Origin: an uncultured Candidatus Saccharibacteria bacterium
GTDB lineage: Bacteria; Patescibacteriota; Minisyncoccia; Phycocordibacterales; XYD1-FULL-46-19
Length of the DNA stretch: 64,000 nucleotides
Assembly: GCA_964539475.1 (NCBI GenBank)
Contig: CAZIIR010000001.1
Location: forward strand, 2,869-66,868
Direction: 5' to 3'
In this document: positions 57,932 through 64,000 of the stretch, one piece after another
Numbering within the stretch: position 1 is the first letter of the stretch
Layout of the letters: each line of letters opens with the position of its first letter
Made by a program: the position numbers and the translations under genes
The notes under the pieces: generated by a model
Told to the model about the DNA's origin: nothing
What the model saw: only the letters and a program-made list of their open reading frames with translations
Databases searched by the model: none

Positions 57932-58488
57932 GGAATGTAATTAGGTGATTGTTTGTTTATCCAACAGTTATCTGGCCGAACCACTCCAAATTTTTCATTA
58001 AATTGTTCCATTTTTGATGGAAGCATGACAGAAAGAGCGCATCCACAAACGTCACAACCATTTCCTTGTAGTCCGTTTGGTATATTAAACCCTTTTCCGA
58101 ACATTTTCTTGAGTCCGTTTACTGTTCTGTTAAGAGTATCAGTAAATCCGCATCCTCTACAGCCAGGAATCTCTGTTTTCTTTGGACAGTTTGTGCAAAT
58201 AATCGCTCGTCTATTGATTTCTGACTGATCTGCTACTTGTCCTGAGACTACTTTAACGACAGCTTTTGCTCCGTTAATATAATCATTAAGAGTCAGTGGT
58301 TTTTTAATATTACTTGGTGGTCTTGATACTGGAATGTTTTCTTTGTTTTGAAACAGTTCAGCGTTTACTTGATCTAAAATCTCTTGGTAGTCTCTTTTGT
58401 CACCAGCTTTAACAACGCGAAAAGCGATAGCTTCTGCGCTATCGCCAAGAATCTTGTCACCTTTATAAATAAATGAAAATCTTTTCAT
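57928..58488 (-). CDS. Cys-rich metal-binding protein
   Basis: RR.IC..CP...C.GC...C.VCGC...CW. Confidence 0.6.
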   Translation of the reverse strand: MKRFSFIYKGDKILGDSAEAIAFRVVKAGDKRDYQEILDQVNAELFQNKENIPVSRPPSNIKKPLTLNDYINGAKAVVKVVSGQVADQSEINRRAIICTNCPKKTEIPGCRGCGFTDTLNRTVNGLKKMFGKGFNIPNGLQGNGCDVCGCALSVMLPSKMEQFNEKFGVVRPDNCWINKQSPNYIP

Positions 58489-60632
58489 ATTTTTACCAAT
58501 CGCTTACCTTGCCACAATTTACTGTAGTTGTCAACACTTCTTTTCTTTTTCTTTTTTTCCAATTTTCCTAGTCCTGCAATATTAGGTCTTACGTTATACA
58601 CTACATACAGCATGTAAAAAGCTTGAAAGAAAGTGTCGAGAACATCAGGAGAAAAGTTATGCTCTTTCTTGAAATCTTCCTTTGAGTCGAGATTAAGAAG
58701 TTCAGCATCTCCTTTTCTTTTTACCTGAATAAACTTTCTTGTAAGAAATTCCTTATCGAAGCTCTCGCAATTCAATCCTGTCAGGAGTGATGAATTTATT
58801 CCTCTTACTCTACCTGCTTCAACAAACATTCTGAATATGTATGCTCCTAGAGTAATTTTATTAGTGACAGCTTGATCGGCGTAATGAACAACCTGTCTTT
58901 GTATTTCTGCTTTTACATAAGTAGAAATTGTTTGGAGTGGAATACGATCTTCAAGCTGTCCTGTTATCTCATTGATCTTTGGCTTGTCTGGAACTTTCTC
59001 TTGGTAGATAAGATGATGACACGGGTATCCTCTCACTGCTAACATTTCAATATGTGCAGGTCTTGCTGTCCAGTCCATTATGTAATGACCCGGCTCTATA
59101 CCAAACCTTTCGTGAAACGTAATAATATTATCACAAGATTGCCTGTAGTATTCTAACGCTCTAGTTGGCTTTTCAAATAGAGTAATATAGCCAGGATTAA
59201 TATTAACCATTGGTAAGCCATCAGAAGTTGTGCCAATATCAAATGCGGTTGATATGTTGCGATCAACACTAGCAGGAGCAGAATCAAAAGATCCAATAGT
59301 AAACTTTTTAAGGTAATCCTCTGGTGGTTTTTCATAGGATTTTGTATCCTCAAGAATGTCTTTTGTTAATATAAATATTTTCTTTTCTGAACTTTTCTCG
59401 AATCTGAATCCAATCCAGAATCGTTTATATGCTATGGTGTTTCGAGTTGCTTCGTTTGGATATAACTCATTCTTTTTCTTTTGCGTTGGGACGAATCTAT
59501 GAAACTTCCTAGCAAATTCAGAATTGGTAACACCAAGGCTAAGATCGTTATTAAAATGGATTACAAGACTGTTGTGACCAAGTGATTCTGATCGTGTTTT
59601 AAGCGTAGATTCCCACATGTGGGTTTCCTGATTAACAGAATCCCATCCAGTGTTTGGAGCAACATTAATACCAAGAAGATCAGTGTCTTCATCGAAGTTT
59701 CCTGATGCATTGAACCATCCATATTTAGGATGAAGGAACATGTTGTTATATGCTCCTAGTGGTGCATCATCAGTTGACTGCATCTCATCTAATAAATATA
59801 TTCGAGCTTCTGGATCATGGTATCCAGTAAGCTTATCAACAACACTTGAGTCCTTTCTTCCTCTTGGTATTAGAACACCTTTAAATGTTCCACCTTGCTC
59901 AAACACCTTACCGTCCTTTACTCGGTTGTATGTGTAGTCACCACACTTACGCGCCTTCCCTGCAACTAATGAGAATTGATAACGATCTTTATTTACTTCA
60001 TAAAGTCGCATTGCATAAGGCCAAGTTGATCCCTTGATCTTAGATTCACTAACAGTCGAGAATGTGCATTGAGCACCTTTCTTAGTGAAGATAAAGTAAT
60101 CATAAATCATGGACATAAATGAAAGAGGTCCATACGTCTTTCCTTGTCCTGCTCCACCAAACTCAATTACATTCTTGTAGTTTGATACAGCGTAGTAATA
60201 ATCGACCAGCCATGGTGTTATAGCCAAGTCACCAATAAACGATCCGTCAGGAGCAAGTTTTCCTGGCCACCTAATACTGGCTGCATGTGATAAATGAGTC
60301 TCTCTGTTAAGGAGTGTTGCACTTTTAGTGAAACGTAATAAATTTATTTTATCAGGATTCTTTTCAAGCTCAAGCTCACGCTTATAAAGATCGGCAAAAT
60401 GAATGAATATATAAATCTCAAGATCGTATTGGAAGTGAAATGGATTTGGGACATACTCCTGATGGTATATCGGCAAGTCCATAGACTCAAACTTTTTCCA
60501 TGCTTCCTCTACTGCTTTAGAGTTGTAGAAATACTTCTGACTAAATCCTGTATCTATAACAGAGCTTTTAGCTAACGAGAAGTTAGAGAATCGTGAGTTC
60601 TTAGCCTTAGTTAATTGATCCTCTAATTTCAT
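58485..60632 (-). CDS. terL: Terminase large subunit
   Basis: Walker A GGAGQGKT, Walker B LLDEMQ, ASGN, nuclease FDSA...D and SPDVLD. Confidence 0.85.
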   Translation of the reverse strand: MKLEDQLTKAKNSRFSNFSLAKSSVIDTGFSQKYFYNSKAVEEAWKKFESMDLPIYHQEYVPNPFHFQYDLEIYIFIHFADLYKRELELEKNPDKINLLRFTKSATLLNRETHLSHAASIRWPGKLAPDGSFIGDLAITPWLVDYYYAVSNYKNVIEFGGAGQGKTYGPLSFMSMIYDYFIFTKKGAQCTFSTVSESKIKGSTWPYAMRLYEVNKDRYQFSLVAGKARKCGDYTYNRVKDGKVFEQGGTFKGVLIPRGRKDSSVVDKLTGYHDPEARIYLLDEMQSTDDAPLGAYNNMFLHPKYGWFNASGNFDEDTDLLGINVAPNTGWDSVNQETHMWESTLKTRSESLGHNSLVIHFNNDLSLGVTNSEFARKFHRFVPTQKKKNELYPNEATRNTIAYKRFWIGFRFEKSSEKKIFILTKDILEDTKSYEKPPEDYLKKFTIGSFDSAPASVDRNISTAFDIGTTSDGLPMVNINPGYITLFEKPTRALEYYRQSCDNIITFHERFGIEPGHYIMDWTARPAHIEMLAVRGYPCHHLIYQEKVPDKPKINEITGQLEDRIPLQTISTYVKAEIQRQVVHYADQAVTNKITLGAYIFRMFVEAGRVRGINSSLLTGLNCESFDKEFLTRKFIQVKRKGDAELLNLDSKEDFKKEHNFSPDVLDTFFQAFYMLYVVYNVRPNIAGLGKLEKKKKKRSVDNYSKLWQGKRLVKI

Positions 60633-61808
60633 TTGACTTTATGTTTTAACGTGCTATGGTCTAAGATGCTAATTGAATTTACACCGCGAATCAGCGGAGC
60701 TTTTACTAATATAGTTATTAAGAATACTGATGTGTCTGGAATGATCAAAGAGTTTGATCTCACAGAAGAGGAAGCTCATGATTTCGTTAAGACTGTTATT
60801 ATTTCAGCGTTTTCTATTTATAAGATAAATATTAACAGTGTAATTAACAAGATCAAGGAGCATGAAGCTAAGGGCTAGTTAACTTCCACTCATCTCCTTC
60901 ATCTGGACCGTTTAATCTTTCTGCTATTTGATAAGCAGTGTCTTGAGCTATATCAGAGTTAATGAACTCATGCGCCATTCCTTGTCGAGCATACCAATTA
61001 CCTGCTCCTCGTTTAGCAATCAAAGACATTGACTGTTCATTCCAAGATGCGAGTATTTGAACAGCATCGAAATGTTCACTTATTTGGACTACTGCTGCTT
61101 CAAGTATCTTTTCTGCTTCTTGTATAGTCATCCGTATATGTCTTGTGGTTCTTTGACTAGCTTGTAGCCCATCTGACTTAAGGCAGCTTCAATCTGTTCA
61201 GCAGCATTAGCTGACCAAACAAACAAATAGTTGTCTCCAACTTTTTCAGATGATTCTAATGCATTTGACATTATCACTGAGCTAATAATTATATTACCAG
61301 GATTCATGTCATCCTTAAAAGCTTCATGAAACTGTGTGGATAAATTACTCATTTCGCATCAATCAATTTAGTTACATCACACCTGATTTCTTCCTGTATT
61401 GTATTTGTCTCATTAATCAATTCTTGTTTATGAGAACACACTGGCTGTGCATCCCTTCCGTAATGAACTTCTCGTAACGTAATAGTTTTATTAAAGTTCT
61501 CCAAGCATCCCAATAGATATTCAGCTAGAATGAAATCGGGTGTTCCGTTTTCCAAACTGTGTTCGTTAATTACTTGTGCTAGTTTTTCTTGTAGTGTCAT
61601 ATTATTGTCTTTATCATTTCTCCCTGTTTCTTCTCAATTTGATCATCCCTCATCTTTTTAAACTTATCGAGAATGTCTATAAACTTAACTCGATACTCAC
61701 CAACCATAAGTGCTTTAGCTTGTAGTATTTCTATATCACGATTCATCTGTGTTTGTCTATTAATCGCTAATTTAACCTCAGTCTCAATATCACTAATAAT
61801 TTTATCAA

Positions 61809-62621
61809 TCATAACTCATGCTCCTTTTGTTTAATAACCATTCGCTGTGGTTCCATTTCAATAATTTTATTATCAGTCAACTCCATTGGTCGTGATGGCA
61901 TAGGTAGTCTGTAGTCATCTTCCTTCTTAGTCCCTGCTGCTTGCTGAACAGCAATAGCTCCGGCGGTCTTAACAGTGTATTCACGATACAAATCAATACC
62001 GTGCATTCCTTTACACTTATCCAGAATACCTGTAATAGTTTTATCAAGTCTATTCCACCGAGCAGGTTCTTTATCAGGATCAGTCTCCTCAAGTTCAGCA
62101 TATAAAGCAGGAAGCTTAGCAAGAAGAATATGAAGGTATTTCTTCTCCTCGTCAATAACAACTCCAGCTAACTGCTGGAATGCATTTGATTTTAATAGAC
62201 TTATTTCCATTTCATATTCTTCCTTTAATTTTTCCAATCTTACCCTTGTTCCTACAAGGCGTAAATAGGTTCCTACTTGAGTTGCTGTAATCTGTCTATA
62301 CCCGAACTCGAATAATGTTAACATTATCTCGGCTTCTGAATAGCCAAGGAAGTGTAACATCTCTATGTGCTTGATTATTGGTTTACTTGTGTCAAAGAAG
62401 CTTTTACAATACACCATCTTTTTAAGGACACCAGTAACATATCCTTTAATACACAGTGTTCGTTTGTGTTGTTGTCTTAGTGTTCTTATTGCATTTATTG
62501 CAACAATTTTATCAGTCTTGCTTGGAATGAACTTCATCAGTTCTTCCAGCTTATCCTGATCACTGACTGCGAAGCGGTCTTCGTGACGTGGCTTAAATGG
62601 TCTTAATCCGTCATCATTCAT
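61809..62621 (-). CDS. Hypothetical helical protein (terminase small subunit candidate)
   Basis: HTH-like segment upstream of terL; position only. Confidence 0.35.
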   Translation of the reverse strand: MNDDGLRPFKPRHEDRFAVSDQDKLEELMKFIPSKTDKIVAINAIRTLRQQHKRTLCIKGYVTGVLKKMVYCKSFFDTSKPIIKHIEMLHFLGYSEAEIMLTLFEFGYRQITATQVGTYLRLVGTRVRLEKLKEEYEMEISLLKSNAFQQLAGVVIDEEKKYLHILLAKLPALYAELEETDPDKEPARWNRLDKTITGILDKCKGMHGIDLYREYTVKTAGAIAVQQAAGTKKEDDYRLPMPSRPMELTDNKIIEMEPQRMVIKQKEHEL

Positions 62622-62838
62622 TTTGCTTTTGCTGGTGCTCCAAGGACAAGTGCTCCTGTAAGCTCATCAATATGAATCACAGCTTTAACTTGCTCTATAA
62701 CATATTTATTAGTTCCTATCTCAATCTCCTTACCAGTGCTTCCTTCATGTGGTGGCACTGCAATAAAATCCCCCTTGTCCACTTTGTGGAATCCTTTGCT
62801 TCCAATAAACTGATGCTGCTCATTAAGTAAATGATATA

Positions 62839-63216
62839 TCATAATCCGTTGCCTCCTGTTAGTTTGTTTACCGATAGCCAATTAGCCATAGCTGTATTAA
62901 TGTTACCATTCGCATTATAGCACAGTATTATGTATCGGTCAAATGATTTTATTTCATTTCCGCTTTTTGTAGTAATGGTCCTAATTAATATATTAGAACC
63001 CATTAACTCCTCTAGTTTCTTACGGCACAACTCTCCATTCTCTGACTTAAGCTCTGGTGCATATACGTCTTTTAATCTAAACTGATGAGTAACTGATACG
63101 TCGAATCCTAATTCAACGCGTGCTGTTATAGTGTCCCCATCGTGGACATTCACAACTGTAGCACTGTAATCCGCTGAATATCCAAGTGAGTATATGAGTA
63201 GTATGAGCCATCGCAT
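62839..63216 (-). CDS. Thermonuclease (SNase-like)
   Basis: VVNVHDGDT, RL..VYAPE, FDRY. Confidence 0.85.
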   Translation of the reverse strand: MRWLILLIYSLGYSADYSATVVNVHDGDTITARVELGFDVSVTHQFRLKDVYAPELKSENGELCRKKLEELMGSNILIRTITTKSGNEIKSFDRYIILCYNANGNINTAMANWLSVNKLTGGNGL

Positions 63217-63221
63217 ATATC

Positions 63222-63249
63222 ACAATACCGTAGTATTTTTATTACGCAA
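63222..63249 (-). promoter_or_regulatory. Putative promoter for the late arm
   Basis: TTGCGT-16-TATTGT on the - strand, about 6 nt before the SNase ATG. Confidence 0.45.
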
Positions 63250-64000
63250 GTGAAATAATGGATTACTTGAATGGGACCCTAGTGGTGGAATGTGACGAAT
63301 GGAAAAATGATATATGCGAAGTATGGGGTTCTTTTATAAGTGGAGAGGAGGTGATGAATAATACCCCACTATATCGGGAGGGAGGGAGTGGGGTGTATGG
63401 AGTGGAGGTGAGGGGAGGTAATACTACTCTATTGGTGAGAGGGAGGGGGAGATGTCCCCACCCACCCGCGTTTCAAATTTCCTCGCGCCATTTAGAGAAT
63501 CTTTCTATTCCCCCACCAAGGGATTCCTTACTTTTCCTCCCATGAAATTTCCTAGTAAAAATATTACAACCTTCACTTTCAACAGTTTAGCGGTGTGGTG
63601 CTGGCAGTGTTGGCAATCCAAGTTGGAAAGCTGGCAGGCTGGCGAGCCATGGAAGGGTATGGCCAAAGTGTAACTATTTTACCAGAGAAGTGCGAAATAG
63701 CTTGAATGTCATTCTGGGCTGGAGTAGGTTACGACGTTGGTGTCTATTGTTTCTTACACTTCGGAGCTTGTCTCTTGAGAGTCGGAATCAGTAGGTCACT
63801 GAGGGGATAGCGAAAAGCTCCCCAAGTCTCCGTTCCTTCCCATTAGCTTGTCGGCTAGCCAGTAGTGGCTAGCTAGTCCATCCCCTAGCCTTTCCATTCT
63901 GGAATAGGCAGGTAAACAAATGGACTAGCTCAAACACTACTATGTCACGCCGTAATAAAATCGTTAGTCCATCCGAAGTAATCGCAGACACCGCAGCTCA

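Larger units (their letters stand above)
1..64000. mobile_element. Tailed dsDNA bacteriophage genome (Caudoviricetes, podovirus-like gene set), near complete
   Basis: Terminase, portal-, scaffold- and capsid-like genes in canonical order on the - strand. Dense small early genes and replication genes on the + strand. No host housekeeping operons and no tape-measure or sheath gene recognised. Confidence 0.95.

Noticed and set aside
63258-63673. Two short + strand ORFs in the end region
   Set aside because: Low-complexity translations of G-rich skewed sequence, unlike the genome's coding style
1-64000. Stop-codon reassignment, complete retron or DGR
   Set aside because: Long genes are intact in code 11 with TAA/TGA/TAG all used as stops; no reverse transcriptase motif-bearing ORF or TR/VR pair seen

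Overview
The window is most or all of an AT-rich tailed dsDNA bacteriophage genome, read with the standard bacterial code. The + strand (1-26.7 kb) carries small early genes, then replication and nucleic-acid metabolism genes: SF1 and SF2 helicases, MazG-like, SSB-like, RuvC-like, DHH, Cas4-like exonuclease, nucleotidyltransferase, tandem GroES, and an initiator plus DnaC-like loader. The - strand (26.8-63.2 kb) carries a podovirus-type morphogenesis arm: terminase, portal, scaffold, major capsid, lysis genes, tail adaptor/nozzle, ejection proteins and a 3316-aa polyvalent protein. No integrase, DNA polymerase, reverse transcriptase or CRISPR array was recognised. The main unexplained signal is a set of structured non-coding RNA-like elements in the early region. 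A ~1 kb ORF-free, GC-enriched block (2752-3755) is built as two parallel modules of [pseudoknotted domain][repeated two-hairpin motif][long-stem-closed RNA][tRNA-like element]. A dispersed homologue of one RNA (1208-1324) shows compensatory base-pair changes. Further orphan structured RNAs lie at ~1.1, 7.3 and 9.15 kb, and a stand-alone ribosomal-protein-S3-like KH-domain gene sits next to the first. All folds were read by eye and all protein calls are motif-based; no searches were run.
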